Below, one piece after another: positions 25,440 through 39,551 of a DNA stretch of 64,000 nucleotides; positions within the stretch are counted from its first letter, which is position 1; each line of letters starts with the position of its first letter. This DNA is from Callorhinchus milii (Eukaryota). Under the pieces are notes generated by a model. The model was not told where the DNA came from, ran no database searches, and saw only the letters and a program-made list of their open reading frames with translations. The position numbers and the translations under genes were made by a program. The stretch lies in NCBI RefSeq assembly GCF_018977255.1, contig NW_024704742.1, positions 134,480,001 through 134,544,000 of the forward strand, written 5' to 3'.

Positions 25440-25767
25440 AGTCCTGTAGCTCAGTGGTTAGAGCACTCGCTTTGCAAGCGAGAGTCCTGAGTTCAATTCC
25501 AGGCAGAGGGCGAAACCTTGGGCAAGTTTCCTTTCTCCACACAGAGCCTAATAATAATCCCTCCAAAACCCAAAAAACAATAATAAATTGGTCATTTTCA
25601 ATCTACGACTGTTTGTGGGACATTGCTGTGCGCAATTGGCTGCCGCGTTCGCCCACAAATATACAGTCAATTCACTTTACAGTGTGTTCTGTGAAGCGCT
25701 TTGGGACGTCCTCCTGACGTGAAAAGCGCTATATCAAATGCAAGGATTATTATTATTATTATTATTA
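25440..25767 (+). mobile_element. Young tRNA-Ala Deu-SINE, full length
   Basis: Same consensus, long (ATT)n tail. Confidence 0.92.
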
Positions 25768-28700
25768 CAAATCAGTTGGATAATAACAATGATCCTTGGA
25801 CTTAGAATAGCACTGTTCACATCAGGAGGAAATTCCGAAGCACTTCACTTGATATTCACGTTTCGTCCACAAAATATACAGTCAATTCACTTTGCAGTAT
25901 ATTCCGTGAAGCTCTTTGGGTCATCTAGAAGACGTGATAAGGCGCTGTGTCAAATGCAAGGATTATTATTATATATTGTAAAGTGCAGTGACCGTGTGTC
26001 GTTACTGTGTGTTTTGTGGGCGAAAGCAGCAGCTAATTTATGCACGGCGATGTCCCACAAACAGTGATGGAGTGAGTGACCAATTATTTTTGGGGAGCGG
26101 GAGGCGGTCATTATTGAGAGAGAAACCCCCATTCTTTTCGAATGCTCTTAACCATGGGATTTCCGCAAGCAACCGACATCCGGCTGACCAAAATAGAACT
26201 ATAAAAGGCAGCAATTTACAACAAGTCATTTGTCTTTTCGAAATAAATCCATTTAAGCAATGACCCAAGACAATTATTTAAGTAACTCAATATTTGTTTG
26301 ATTACTAAAACGCAAGGTTTAAGTGCACCACTTAGTTCCAGCTATTATACACTCGTGTGTCGTGTGCTGGTACTTTATAATCAGACAAGCCCCAGAGCTA
26401 ACCCAATTGCAAAAATTGCAGGTTAATAGGTTTGTGGAATGTGTTTGCATGCCTCCATTATTGAGGTACAGATTTACACTGAGTGGATTCCTGAAGGAAT
26501 TTGGATAGAGAACTTGCCTCGCAAATGAGAGGACCCAGATCCGATCTCCGGGCAGGGCAAAACCTTAGGCAAGTTTTCTTACTCCACAAGCCTCTGTTTA
26601 TCTAGCAGTAAGTGAGAACCTGGTTGTCAGTCGATTGCGAATTGTTTTCCAGGAGTAATAATGCCTCAAAGACAAAAATTATGTCAATCTTAAACCAATT
26701 TTACAAATAATAATAATTTGGTCACTCACTCATTACTTTTTGTGGGACACTGCTGTACGCAATTGGCTGCTGCGTTTGGCCCACAAAATCACTTTACAAT
26801 ACATTCTGTGAAGCACAAGTCTCAACAACATAATAAGGCGCTACATCAAATGCCAGGACTATTATTATCGTCCTCCCGATGCGAAGGCACTATATAAATG
26901 TAATTTCGTTATTATCATCAAGGGGAACAGAATACAGGGCCAAATCGGTTGAATTTTAATCCCCAAATGTCATACTCAAGCTGTACAGTGCTCCTGTCAG
27001 ACCCCACCATGACATAACGTGACAGTCAAGGCTCTAGAGGGAGGGGAGAAGAAAGTAACGAGAATGATCCCCAGCGTAAGAGGAATGAGCTATGAGCAAT
27101 GGGACGTCCTCCTGGCGTGAAAGGCGCTAAACAAATGTAATTTGCTGTTGTTCCAGATTAGACCAGCGAGGTCTGTTCATTCTTGAAAGCAGACAACTCA
27201 GAGATGAACTCATAAAGGAGAATAACATTTTATACTTCAGTCCTTAATGTTTAACCAAGGAACTAAGGTGACTGTTCAGGTGGATGGTAAAGAACCCAGG
27301 GCACTATTTGAAAAGGGAAGGAAGTTTCTCCTGGTGTCGTGGCCAACAGTTTGCCAAATAAAATTGGGAAGACTCATTCCATGACTGTTTGTGGAATACT
27401 GCTGTACGCAATTGGCTGCCATGTTTGGCCCACAAAATATAGTCAATTAATCCACTTTACAGTATATCCTGTGAAGCGCTTTGAGATGTCTCAACGATGT
27501 GATGAGGTGCTACATCAAATACAAGGATTATTATTATTCTTTAAACAGGAATAAAAATATAAACTCAGATTAATACTTTAAGATGCAACAAGGCAGCAGA
27601 TCAAGAGGACCCAGTGTTAGAATTTTGAAGGGAGATTTCAGAACAGACACCAGGAAGATTTCTCTTTAATCAACAATCGCAACAGGCTGCTAGGAAGGAT
27701 GATTGAAGCCAGGACAATGACTCCTTTAAAAAGCAGTTGACTTTGTGGTGGCAGGGGATGGTGGGAAGGAAGAATGAAATCTCATCTCAACCATGATCTC
27801 CACATAAAAAGGTACGATTTCTGCTGCAGTTTTCAGTTCAGTTCATAAAAAAAGTTGGTGGCAACTTTTCTCGTTGACTTTAGAACGCGGAGCCCTGTAG
27901 CGTAATGGTTAGAGCACTTGCCTTGCAAGCGAGAGGATCTGGGTTTGATTCCCGGGCAGGGTGAAAACCTAGGCAAGTTTCCTTACTCCATACACCTCCT
28001 TTTGCCTAGCAGTGAGTAGGAACCTTGTTGTGAGTCGATTGGTGGATGTTCTCTGGGTGTAAAAATCCATTCAATAAAACAAATAATAATAGTAATTGGT
28101 CACTTCATCCACGACTATTGTGGGACACTCCTGTGCGTAATTGGCTGCCGGGTTTCGCCCACAAATACACAGTCAATTCACTTTACAGTATATTCTGTGA
28201 AGCACTTTGAGACGTCTTGAAGACGTAATAAGGCGCTATATCAAATGCAAGGAATATTATTATTTTTATTATTATTATTAGAAGCAGTCTGCATTGTGAC
28301 CAAGTAGTAGATAAGCATAGTGTGTCACAAACACCTGGGCAGCAAACATGAGGAAGGGGAGGGTGGGAAGAAAGGAAGCATTTCAAAGCATGATTCTTCT
28401 CAATGTAATGGACTGTTAAAGGTAAGGGGGAAAAAATCCCTACTGAATTCCCGAGAGTGGGAAGAGGTGTTCAACATTCACTATAACCAGCCTGACCGAG
28501 GTACGGTCAGCATCCTTTTCCTGACTGGATGAAGATGAAAGGACTTGAAGTCTATCAGCAACTGTGATTCACGTCGAGACATCTCGAGTGCTTCACAGTT
28601 ACAGATGTCAAGTGTAATGACTGTTTATTTTGTAAGGCAAACAATGTATGCAGCAAAATCCCACAAACAGCCAAGAGGTAAATGAGCAAATCTGAATTAT

Positions 28701-29280
28701 TATCATCATGATATCATTATTAATTATAATACTTGCATTTGATATGGCGCTTTCCACAACAGGATACCACCTGGACAAGCTTCGCTCACAAAATACAGTC
28801 AATCCACTTTACAGTACATCATACAGCATGTGAACCACTTTGAGAAGTATTGACGCCATGATAAGGCGCTATATCAAATGGAAAGATTAGTATTATTATT
28901 ATTTTGTGGGTGAACAGCCAGGAATATTTTGAAGGCCAGGCCAATGTGGGAAACTCCTTTCTCTTATCAAAGTGCCAAAGCATCATGGAATGATTCAAAA
29001 TCATTTTGGCAAAACATGTCTTCCTGTCAGATACCGGTTAATATCCAGTGTGACGCCAAGAGCCATTCTGCTCAGTAATGCAACAAGTGGTGAGTTGGAG
29101 AGAGGAAAACAAAATCTTTATGTTTGGTATTGCACTTTTGACGATGGCAAAATGCTCCAAGGTGCTTTCCAGGATATACAATAAAGTGCAGTGAATGTAT
29201 TTTGTGGGCGAATGCGGCAGCCAATTTGCTCACAGCAACATCCCACAAACAGCCACAAAGTGAATGACCAACTTTTAATT

Positions 29281-29595
29281 GGAGTCCTGTAGCTCAGTGG
29301 TTAGAGCACTCGCTTTGCAAGTGAGAGACCTGAGTTCAATTCCAGGCAGAGGGCGAAACCTTGGGCAAGTCTCCTTACTCCACACAGAGCCTAATAATAA
29401 TCCCTCCAAAACCAAAAACAATAATAAATTGGTCATTTTCAATCTACGACTGTTTGTGGGACATTGCTGTGCGCCGCTTTCGCCCACAAATATGCAGTCA
29501 ATTCACTTTACAGTGTGTTCTGTGAAGCGCTTTGGGACGTCCTCCCGACGTGAAAAGCGCTATATCAAATGCAAGGATTATTATTATTATTATAA
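29281..29595 (+). mobile_element. Young tRNA-Ala Deu-SINE, full length
   Basis: Same consensus with a small internal deletion in the Deu core. Confidence 0.92.
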
Positions 29596-30559
29596 TTGGA
29601 GATTGTTGACCAGGAACTGGGAGAAATTCCCTTCTCTTTAAAGAGAAGGCTTTGTCGGCTATGACTCCAGAATAAAAAAGCCAATCTTGCCCGACAGACA
29701 TTTACGGACTGAGAGCAATTACATTTCTCGTCCTTGGAGGCCAATAACTGGTCTGGCAGTCCGGGGCTGATGCCAGCTAGCGGGGTTGTGAATTGATTTG
29801 CTGTCAGTCCTACAAGTCCAGCGAGAGCTGTTTGTGGGACTTGCTATGCACAAACTGAATGCCACGTTTGCCTACAAAACAGAATGCAATATGTTTACAT
29901 GGTTCTTTTCACAGTTATTTAACATTAACGTGACTCGACACCTGAGCTGGGGTGGGAGCCAAACATGGAGGAGAAAAGATGACCAAATGTGCAGTCAAAG
30001 AAGTATGAGCTTTTAACGAGAGGAGGGAGGGAGCAAATCCAAGATGGAGTTACAGAGATCAGTGCATTTGGCAAACTTTATAATAAATCCTGTAAAGCCC
30101 TTTGAGACTTGATTTGAAAGGTGCAATAAATATCAAGATTAATTATTAAATTTTTAAATTATTGTTATATATCAAATATTTAATAACTTAATTATTATAT
30201 CTAATTGTTATTTGATACATGATAATTAAATTAATTATATATCAAATGCAAGGGTTAGTATTATTAATTAATAGGCATTGTCAAAAGAAAATGGATTGTA
30301 TTTGGATTATATCAGTTGCCCCTTTAAGAACCACCTGAATCGCAGGCCAGAAAAACTAACGCTCGCTCTGCTTAAAATAGAGCAAGAATGAAAAATGCCG
30401 CAGGTATCCAGGCCACCTCGTAACCATTGCCTGCAGTGAGCGCAGTTAAGCGGAGTAGACATTACTGCTCAGCACAGTGTTCTCTCTGGAATTTCATTCC
30501 ACCACCCACACCCACACCCCCCCTCCCCCCCCCCACTCACAACTCACTCCTCCATTTTC

Positions 30560-30920
30560 CCCAGAGGATAGAGTTTAAAATCTGATTTTCAAAGCCTTCC
30601 ACAGCCTTGCTCCTCCCTACCTCTGTGACCTGCTAACTCTATCCCGACCTGTCCGCTCCCTCCGCTCAGCGGACTCTGGCCTGCTCAACGTCCCCCACTC
30701 TGGCCGTCCAACCACCAGGGGTCGGGCCTTCAGCCATCCTGCCTCCAACATCTGGAACTCCATCCCACAGTCACTCTGCTTCACCCTCTCCCTTGCCTCC
30801 TTCAAAGCACGTCTCAAGACCACCCCCCCACTCTCCCCGGCTAACACCCCAGCTTGGGTGCCCATCCAGTACTCTTTGATATGTCCTCTCGACATGAAAG
30901 ATGCTGCCTCAATGTAAACT
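30560..30920 (+). mobile_element. L2 LINE 3' fragment
   Basis: ccttgctcctccctacctctgtgacct...ggtcgggccttcagcc...ctggaactccatccc. Confidence 0.8.
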
Positions 30921-32956
30921 ATACTTTACTGCATTTATCTGCCCAGATGTCATCCATACATTATTTAAGATAACAACAATGACAAGAGTGGATAAAATCC
31001 AGGTTTCGCCACACACAAAGTCCTTACTCCCTAATCAATCGCTCCCATTTCATTAACACAATCTGCAAAAAAAATATTGATTGTAGCTGAAGGCTGACGT
31101 AAGATCTATTGACCCCCAAGAGCTCACTGAAACACTGAGACCTGAAGCAAAGACAGGGCAGAGAGATGATGTTGGGAATAGGGGGTGTGTGGTGGGAAAG
31201 GGAAAGAGAGAGAAAATATAAAGTAGGCTAGCAGCTGCTGAGCAGAGGGAACAACCAACAACAACTTGCATTTATATAGAGCCCCTCACGTGGAGCAGCA
31301 TCTTAGGAGCGTTTAACAGTGGCTGAGCAGAGGGGAGGGAGGTGACCGTAAGCACGGTCGAAGAGGAAGGTTTCGTGATCTAAAGAAGGGGGCAAGGCTG
31401 AGGGATTGAGGGGGAGAAACTGGCAAAGATTTGGAGCGTGGAGTGGCAGGACGTTTCAGGAGCAAAGCTGTGGGAACACCTGAACAAGAGCACGAAGATC
31501 TCCTGAATTCGATCTGTTGGGGGATATTGTGGAGCCCAGAAAAGGGCATTGTGAACATGGGTCAGTAGCCGGCAAGCATAAGCATGGAGTGTTCAAGCGG
31601 TGTTTCTTGTTGGGGCGGGGGGGTGTGGGAGGGGAGATTAATAATAATAATCCTTACATTTGCCTTATCTCAAAGCACTTCACAGAACATACTGTGAAGT
31701 GAATTGACTGTATTTTGGGGGCGAAACACACCAGCCAATTGTGCACAGCAGTGTCCCACAGACAGTCATGGATTAACTAAATTATTATTATTATTATTTT
31801 TNGAAGGAATTATTACCCCTGAAAGAGCGATCTGCCAATGGCTAATAACTGTGTACCTACTTTCTGCTAGGTAAACGGAGGCATGTGGAGTAAAGAAACT
31901 TGCCCAATGTTTCGCCCTGCCGCGAATTGAATCCAGGTGTCTCGCTTGCGAGGCGAGTGCTTCAACCACTGAGCTACAGGACTATAAGATAAGATGGTGC
32001 CAGTGTAGCGAGAGGCTGGTGATGCCAACCTGCAGGGGAGTGTGAAGGGGAAGCTTTGTGGCTGGGAGCAATGTGGGAAGACCAAGAGAGGGAGGTGGTG
32101 GGATTCATGTAGTCAATATAGCCAAGTGTAGAGTTAAAATTGATCTTCTATAAAGCTGTACTGTTGTTTTAAATGAAACACACAACTATCATCCAAGCTT
32201 CCTGTGGCCTGACAAGCTTCCCACTGCTTGTCCGGTTAGCATTGTCTTCTCCAAGTGGGAAGACTCCTTGCCCTCGAAGAGAAATGACACTGCAATCGAT
32301 TTGGAGTCCAAAATCTTTTCAATTTAGGTGTCACACTCGAAAAATGCAAGCGTAATGACAATGCGGACAGAAACATGAGAATGTGAGAGAGGAAAGAAAA
32401 GGAAGTCTGAACACTATTCAGACTCAAGTCTCCATTTAACAGCAAACTTCTCTGTACCAGGGAATGTATTTTGCAAGCCAAAGATTCCTGACATTTTTTC
32501 TGCCAAAAGCTAAAATGTCAAACGGAGGTCAAAGTTCTACCTCACAGTGCTCAGCTACGCCAAGGGAACCAATGCTAAAAAACACAACATAAAAACGCCC
32601 TCAGAAATACAGCAAGAGACGGACCTGTAGGAAGTATTTCAGTTAGTGATGGCCAACCCCTGGCCCGACAAACATTCGCCCTAGTTAGGTACGTCCATGT
32701 TCAATCAATAGTGTGTTTCCATTATTTTCTTGATTGAATATTTCTCGATTTATAGCACAAATCAAGAAATATTCAATCAAGAACTTTTGTCGGACGACCA
32801 AAAAGGATCGCCATCACTGATCCAGGTAAAACGTACACAACGTTCGAGGACGAAGTTGGATTCATCGATTCCTACAACTGATGTGGCTCGGTTTCAGATG
32901 GCAATAGAAAGCTCTTAAAAGTCTTACTCCGCAGAGTCCCTGCCAATGGTACGTAC

Positions 32957-33030
32957 CTGGCTCCAAAGATGTCCTTCCTCGCCAGATCAATGCCTGAAAT
33001 GACCTTGACTCGGAGAATACGGGATTCTTC
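32957..33030 (-). CDS. NEDD4L: NEDD4L coding exon (equivalent of human exon 2), start of C2 domain, 74 nt: [24 protein letters not shown](S)
   Basis: Minus strand reads ctcctttcAG|gaagaatcccgt...ggagccag|GTacgt. The peptide closely matches the recalled NEDD4L sequence [25 protein letters not shown] and fits NEDD4 less well. Phase 0 start, phase 2 end, in frame with 4043-4124. Confidence 0.96.
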
Positions 33031-35754
33031 CTGAAAGGAGAGAAAAAGGGGCAAATTAGACAGCTCTAACGTCAATTGCAGACCATTAGTTTACGTATGA
33101 AATACAAAACACGAATCCTCTATTTAAGATACTCTTTTCCTTTTTTTTTGGTCTGGGGTCTGAAGAAACCCTCGCCGTGTTCATGAGTATCTAAACCATT
33201 CAAAGGTAGGCCACCTACCCGTGGAGATTTCACTGTGCCTTCAGTGAAATGCACTCTTCCCCTTGGAGGGATGTATCAATGCTAACCTCATGCCAAAGAA
33301 TATTAGGTTAGGCACACATTGCCAAGAGCCGAGGTTCAGTGAATGCAGAGTGTGAGTTTTTTTCTGTGGTGGGAGGGGAGGAGAGAAGGAAGGGAAATGC
33401 TGGAATTTAACCAGCCTGTCCAGTGAGGACCACCCTAACAAAAGCTGTTAAGGCTTTGGCTTATAGGGATAACAGCAACTGAATGAGAAGAATCCCTGCC
33501 CCCAAGGCCACAGCAGCGAGCTATCAACTGAGCCAGTGTGTCAGCCTGACTCAGCTCGTAGCATCTCACCTCCACATCAGAAGGTTGTGGCTCCGAGTCA
33601 GAACTCTGAACCCATCATCTAAGCAGGCGCTCCAAGCGACCCACCAATCGACTAACAACTGGGTTCTTACTTACTCCAGGTAAACAGAGGCGTGTGGAGT
33701 AAGGAAACTTACCCAACGTTTCGCCCTGGCGGGAACCAAGTCCCGGTCCCCTCGCTTGCTAGGCGAGCGCTCTAACCACTGAGCTACAGGACTCCAAGCT
33801 GAAGTCACCTAAGATGAAGAAAGGGGACTCAGTCACAGCCCAAATCCCCTTCCCACCATGGTAGACTTGTCCATTTTTGTAGGGTGCGGAGAGTGGGTGG
33901 GGGTGCAAAACACAAAATAATCTTGACTCATGTGGAGATTTCTCCATATGTAATGATATTGTACAGCATCTTCCATTCCAAAGTAACACTCCTCAAGAGC
34001 ACACGCAGAGACTGGTTGGGCCAAATGTCCCATTTGCGAGCTGTACATTTGTAAGTCTTAGAATATTCTATGAATGCTGAAATTGACCCTCCAAAAATAA
34101 TGAACCCACACATAATGCAACTGTAGAGAGCACGGAGAAAGAATAATGTATCTGAAATGGTGTAAAGATTTATGCAGCATATCACATTCTCTGGACTAAA
34201 TACCAGGACACGTTAAGAAGTCCCTTCGGCAAACAATGAAAGCTAAGAGTTGGAGAGAAGAAAAAAAACTTTTTTTTTAAAATCAGTGTCTGTATTACAG
34301 AGGAACTTAACTAGCACTCAAGAGCACCCTACAAATCACCAGGGTGGCACTGAAGTCTCCCTCACACTAGACATCCTGGTTGTCTTGGCTTTGAAGTTTA
34401 ATATCTCTAGGCAGAGTTTAATAATAATAATCCTTGCATTAAATATAGCATCTTACCATGTTGCTGAGATGTCTCAAAGATTTTACTGAATACACTGTAT
34501 ACTGTAAAGTGAATTGATTGTATATTTTGTGGGTGAAACGCGGCAGCCAATTGCATCAGCAGTGTCCTACAAACAGTCGTGGGTTAAGTGACCAAATTAT
34601 TATTTTGTTTGAAGAGATTTTAGCAGTACTTCAACAGATGGAGGGCACATATCCAGAGAGCAAGCACTTCACTGTCAGCCAGCTGTCAGCCTGGTTCAGT
34701 TGGTAGAGAGAATATGTGATAAAGCGCTATTCCAAATCCACAGTAAAATCCTGCGAAGAGAACCCTTCTATTTCCCCACGGAACCATTGAAACTCGATAC
34801 AGTCCGAGGGCCAAAAAAAATCACCATGCTTGAAGCAATTTATATTCTTTTTAATAAAAAGTATTCAATGCACAATTCAGCTGGTGCCGAAGGGATTGCC
34901 CCTCATATTCAATATTGATGGAAAACGGAACAGCTCGTCCCTATCCGGTTACCGTGGCTTGCTGAGGAGAATAATGAAGACTTCCATTAATGGGTAGGGA
35001 ATATCCGAGCCGGAATTTAACACCGTCCCTCTCGCCCTCCATCTTTCCTCCTCTGCTAAAGCTCGCAGTTCTGTAGCTTCAAATACAAAGCCCGAGTTTT
35101 GATCTCTCTGCAATTAATAATTAAACAGTTTTGTCTTCAGTGTAAAGACCCACCATTGGCACTCAACACAGGAGTTCAACTTGAGTAGCAAAAAACAAAT
35201 TTCTAGCCTATTGCAGCAAAAAATGATTTCCCTGCCTCTTTGAGCAAAATCAATGTCAGCAGTTTCTAGTGTACAGTACCAACAGAGCCACTTCCCCTTC
35301 TCAACGATCACCGAATAGTTTGCTTCACGTCCCTCATCCTACCTGCCCCACCAGTCAGACTTTCGGCCCATCTTCGCCCAATCTCCGTAACATTTGTATT
35401 GTGTCTCACTATGCTAACTCTGTGAACATTGAGGCTGATTTAGAGCACTATTGGAACAGTCTGTACATTACACTTATTGGAGTTCGATGACTCCAATGCA
35501 TGTTGGGCCCAGACTGCTTGAAAAATGCACCAGGGAGTGGATCTGACTGAAGTGCTCGAAATAATGATAAAGGGAATTCACAGAGGAAATAGACAAATGC
35601 TCTTCACTCTAAAAATCAGGCATCCAGGCTTAACCATGAAATTAAGAGTGTAAAAGAGAAGCTCAGCGGGAAAAGTATTTATATCAAGACTGTGAGAATA
35701 TGGGACTGACTGCCTCAGAAATTTCAAACAGGTAGTCTCATGAGTCATGATGAA

Positions 35755-35757
35755 GAC

Positions 35758-35789
<32 letters not shown>

Positions 35790-35882
35790 AGAAAAGAGCG
35801 AAAAAAAGGAACAAAAAGAGAGAGGAAGCAAAGGGAAAGAGAGAGAGCGAGAGAGAAAGCAAAGGGAGAGAAAGAGAGAGAC
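35755..35882. repeat. GA-rich low-complexity tract
   Basis: Seen directly. Confidence 0.9.
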
Positions 35883-36169
35883 ACCCATCCACATGTAAGA
35901 GACCAGACATGCAGAAAAAATTGGGAAAATCCTATTACGAGGGTTGTTGCAGACTTCATGGTGGAGTTGGCTCGATGGACTGAGGGCTCCACCCTGTACC
36001 TAACACTAGATTGTTGTTCGATATTTAATCAAGGTGCCTGCCTTCTGCAATGCATGAATTTGCAGCTCCCACTCTCTGAAACTTTCCCCCAAAATCCATT
36101 GGTTTCACAAATCCGGGCTAACCAAGGCTCGCTGAACACTCCTGTCCGCTCCAAGTCTCAGAGTGCGCA

Positions 36170-39161
36170 CATTAGCTGCCGCAACTGACCCGAGCTGCTT
36201 CCCCAATATGTTCCCGAACCATCCCCTTCCCACCACTATTCCCTCCACTATTCCTGCTCAACCCTCCTCTCCCTCCGCCTGCCCCGACTCCTATCCGTCC
36301 TCGACTCCCCCACGGCCTCCCTCTGCTCCTCCTTTCACGTTCTCCGTTGTGCCCACAGTGGCAGATGCCGTCGGCTGTCCTACAGCACCTACCCTGACTG
36401 CCCCTTTCCCCACTCTCGCCACAAGACCCACCAGCCCTCACCCACTGAAGCCAACCTTTCCTCCCTCGCTCACATCCCCATCCAACCCATCTGCCCACCC
36501 CCTCCCACCCCTCATCTCCCCCACACTCCCACTACTAACTGTTGCCTCCGCATCGGTCTGCAGACCGTCCGCTCATTAACTAACAAGTCCCTCACAATCC
36601 ATGACTTCACCGTCAAGGAAAATATCGACATCCTCGTCCTCACCGAAAGCTGGGTCACCCCAGGCGACACCTTTCTCACTAGTTGAGGCCACACTTCCAG
36701 GTTACACCTTTCACCAAACCCCACTGCCTAATCGCCGTGGCGCTGGTGTGGCTCTCATCTCCCAGTCCCCTCTCGGCCTTTCCCCTTACTCCTCCAGAAC
36801 CTTCTCCTCCTTTGAACACCTTACCTTCTACCATCCCTCCAGGCTCTCCCTCAAAATCCTCCTTGTCTACCATCCCCAAGCCTTCCCCTACCTTCCTTTT
36901 GGACATCTCCACCCTCCTATCTTCCCTCTCCTTCTGTTCTGAACGCCTCCTAATCCTAGGCGACTTCAACCTCCACTTCACCCTCTCCTGCTCTACCTCT
37001 GCCGACTTCTCCTCCTCACTGTCTCGGGCATCACCATCATCGATAAAGCCATCTCGGACCACCACTTCATCTCCCTCAACACTTCCGTATCCATTCCCCT
37101 TTCTCAATCCTCCACCATCACATATCATCCGTGGAAAATGTTTTCCTCCCTCTCCCCTGCCCTGGAGTCATCTGAACTCCTACACCTCTGGCCCTCCCTG
37201 ACCGATCTCCCATCCTCACTCTCTTTTCTCCACAACTCCCTCTCCTTCATTCTAAACTCCCTTGTCCCCCCACACCTCCCAAACTGCCTCATACTGTCGT
37301 AAATCCCCCTGGTACACCAGCCATCTCCGTTCCCTCAAGGCATAAGTGCGAGCTGCCGAACGCGACTGGTCCAAATCCAAACTAACGGTTCATCAGCAGA
37401 TCTGGCTTCACGACTCCAAGACCTACCGCTGTGCTCTTGCCTCTGCCAAATCCTCCTTCTACGCCAAGGTTATCTTGGAGGCGAAGGACAACCCCCGGCT
37501 TCTCTTTTCCACCACAAACCGTCTCCTCCATCCACCTTACCACGCCTCACCCATCCTCAAACTCCAACTGTGAGGAGATGCTGGATTTCCTCAAAACCTC
37601 TGTCCCGTCCACAGCCACTCCCACATTACCTCTCCCTCATGACCCACCACCCACCCATACTCCTTCGACCCTATCGCTCCCTCCTCCCACTCCGCGATTG
37701 TTTACAAGCTCAAACCCACCAGCTGCTCCCTCGATCCCATCCCCACCTTTCTGCTCGTCTCCCAGCTCCACCTTCTGGCCCCACTCCTGCCCGATGTCAT
37801 CAACCACTCCCTGTCCACCAGTTCAGTTCCCACCCCCTAAAAACAGCTTTCATCACCCCCATCCTGAAAAAACCTTCCCTGGATCCATCCCTCCTCTCCA
37901 GCTACTGCCCCATCTCTAACCTCCCATTCCTCTCCAAGGTCCTGGAACGAGTCGTCGCGTCCCAGCTCCAATCATTTCTCTCTCGTTATTCCCTCTTTGA
38001 ACCCCTCCAATCCGGCTTCCGCGTGACCCACAGTACGGAAACAGCTCTGGTCAAAGTCACTAATGACATTCTGATCATCTGTGATCAGGGCTCCCTCTGC
38101 TTCCTTGTCCTCCTCGACCTCTCTGCCGTCTTCGACACTTTCGACCACTCCATCCTCATACACCGCCTCTCCGCTTTACTCAATCTTTAATATCTACATG
38201 CTCCCCCTTGGTGACATCATCCGCAGACATGGGGTCAACTGCGGATGACACCCAACTCTATCTTTCTGCCTCAACTCCAGGACCACTGCTGTCCTGACAG
38301 ACTGCCTGTCAGAAATCAAGTCTTGGATGAGGGCAAACTTCCTACAGCTGAATGTGAACAAGACTGAGGCCCTCCTTATTGGCTCGCGCCAACGCCTCTG
38401 CACCTCAGGCTCTGGCAACATCAACCTCCATTGTTGCACACTTCAACTCACCGCCAGTCAGGAACCTCGGTGTCTTGTTCGACCCTCAAGTGTCTTTTCT
38501 TCCCCACATTCAAGCCATGACTCGCACTGCCTTCCCTCACCTCTGCAACATCACCCGACTCCGCCACTACCTCACCCCTCAGGCCACTGAAACTCTTGTT
38601 CACCTCCAGGCTCGACTATGCAAACGCCCTGCTTGTCGGCCTTCCCAACTCCTCCCTCCACAAGCTGCAGATAATCCAGAACTCTGCAGCCCGTGTCCTC
38701 TCCCGCACCAAACTCCGTGACCCCATCACCCCATTCTCGCCCGACTCTACTGGCTCCCTATCCTTCAGAGGATCCAGTTCAAAATCCTGGTCCTCACCTA
38801 CAAAGCCCTCAATGGTCTCGTCCCACCCTACCTCTGTGACCTACTAACACCCTACCAACCCGCCCGCTCCCACAACTCAGCTGGCTCCGACCTGCTCCAC
38901 ATCCCCCGACCCACCCGGCACCACTCTGCCACCAATCTCTGGAACTCCATCCCCCAATCAATCAGCCTCGCTCCCTCCTTAGCCTCCTTCAAGTTCCCCC
39001 TCAAAACCTTCCTCTTCAACCATGCCATTGGTCACCCCCCCTTCCCCTCCCTTCTCCCCCTGACCCCAGCTCGGGTCTGAAATGCTGTACACCGTCCAGC
39101 GCCTTGGGACATCCTCCCGATGTGAAAGGCGCTATACAAATGTAGTCTTGTTATTGTTGTT
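36170..39161 (+). mobile_element. Near-full-length decayed L2 LINE (APE endonuclease plus RT pseudogene)
   Basis: APE motifs (VRSLTNK...DILVLTESW, RRGAGVA, LILGDFN, SDH) at 36560-37070; RT ITPILKK...[14 protein letters not shown]...QSGFR...[10 protein letters not shown] at 37850-38190; C-terminal region, stem-loop and (GTT)n tail. Many frameshifts, and a deletion removes the GVPQGS motif. 5' boundary uncertain. Confidence 0.92.
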
Positions 39162-39551
39162 ACTGGTGGTTTGCTCCACGTCTTTCTGCCTTCAAACACC
39201 AGGTGTCAGCCTGGCTCAGCAAGTAACATTCTCTCCTCTGAGTCAGAAGGTTATAGGTTAGAGATGCCTTCCCTAAGAATGAATATCAAACCAAGGTCCC
39301 CTATGCCTGTTTAGGTGGACATTAAAGATCTCTCATGGCAGGATTAAACAAAAATTGGTCACTCAATCCACGACTGTTTGTGGGACACCGCTGTGCTCAA
39401 TTGATGGTGGGTTTTGCCCACAAAATATACAATCAATTCACTTTGCAGAATTTCTGTGAAGCACTTTGAGAAATGTGATAAGGTCCTATATCTAATGCAA
39501 GGATTATTATTATTATTTAGAAGAGTAAGGACTTTCTCCCAGTGTCCTGCC

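Noticed and set aside
30125..30275. Very AT-rich stretch (similar ones at 24530-24592, 53075-53175, 59378-59430)
   Set aside because: Low-complexity sequence next to decayed SINE tails; no further structure seen.
31802..31802. Single N base
   Set aside because: Assembly ambiguity in a T-run inside a SINE; not biological.
32872..33075. Whole 67-aa ORF as a gene
   Set aside because: Only 32957-33030 is exon; the flanks are polypyrimidine tract and intron read-through.
37570..38190. 206-aa RT-like ORF as a retron, DGR or domesticated RT
   Set aside because: Part of a frameshifted L2 LINE with catalytic motifs deleted; eukaryotic context.
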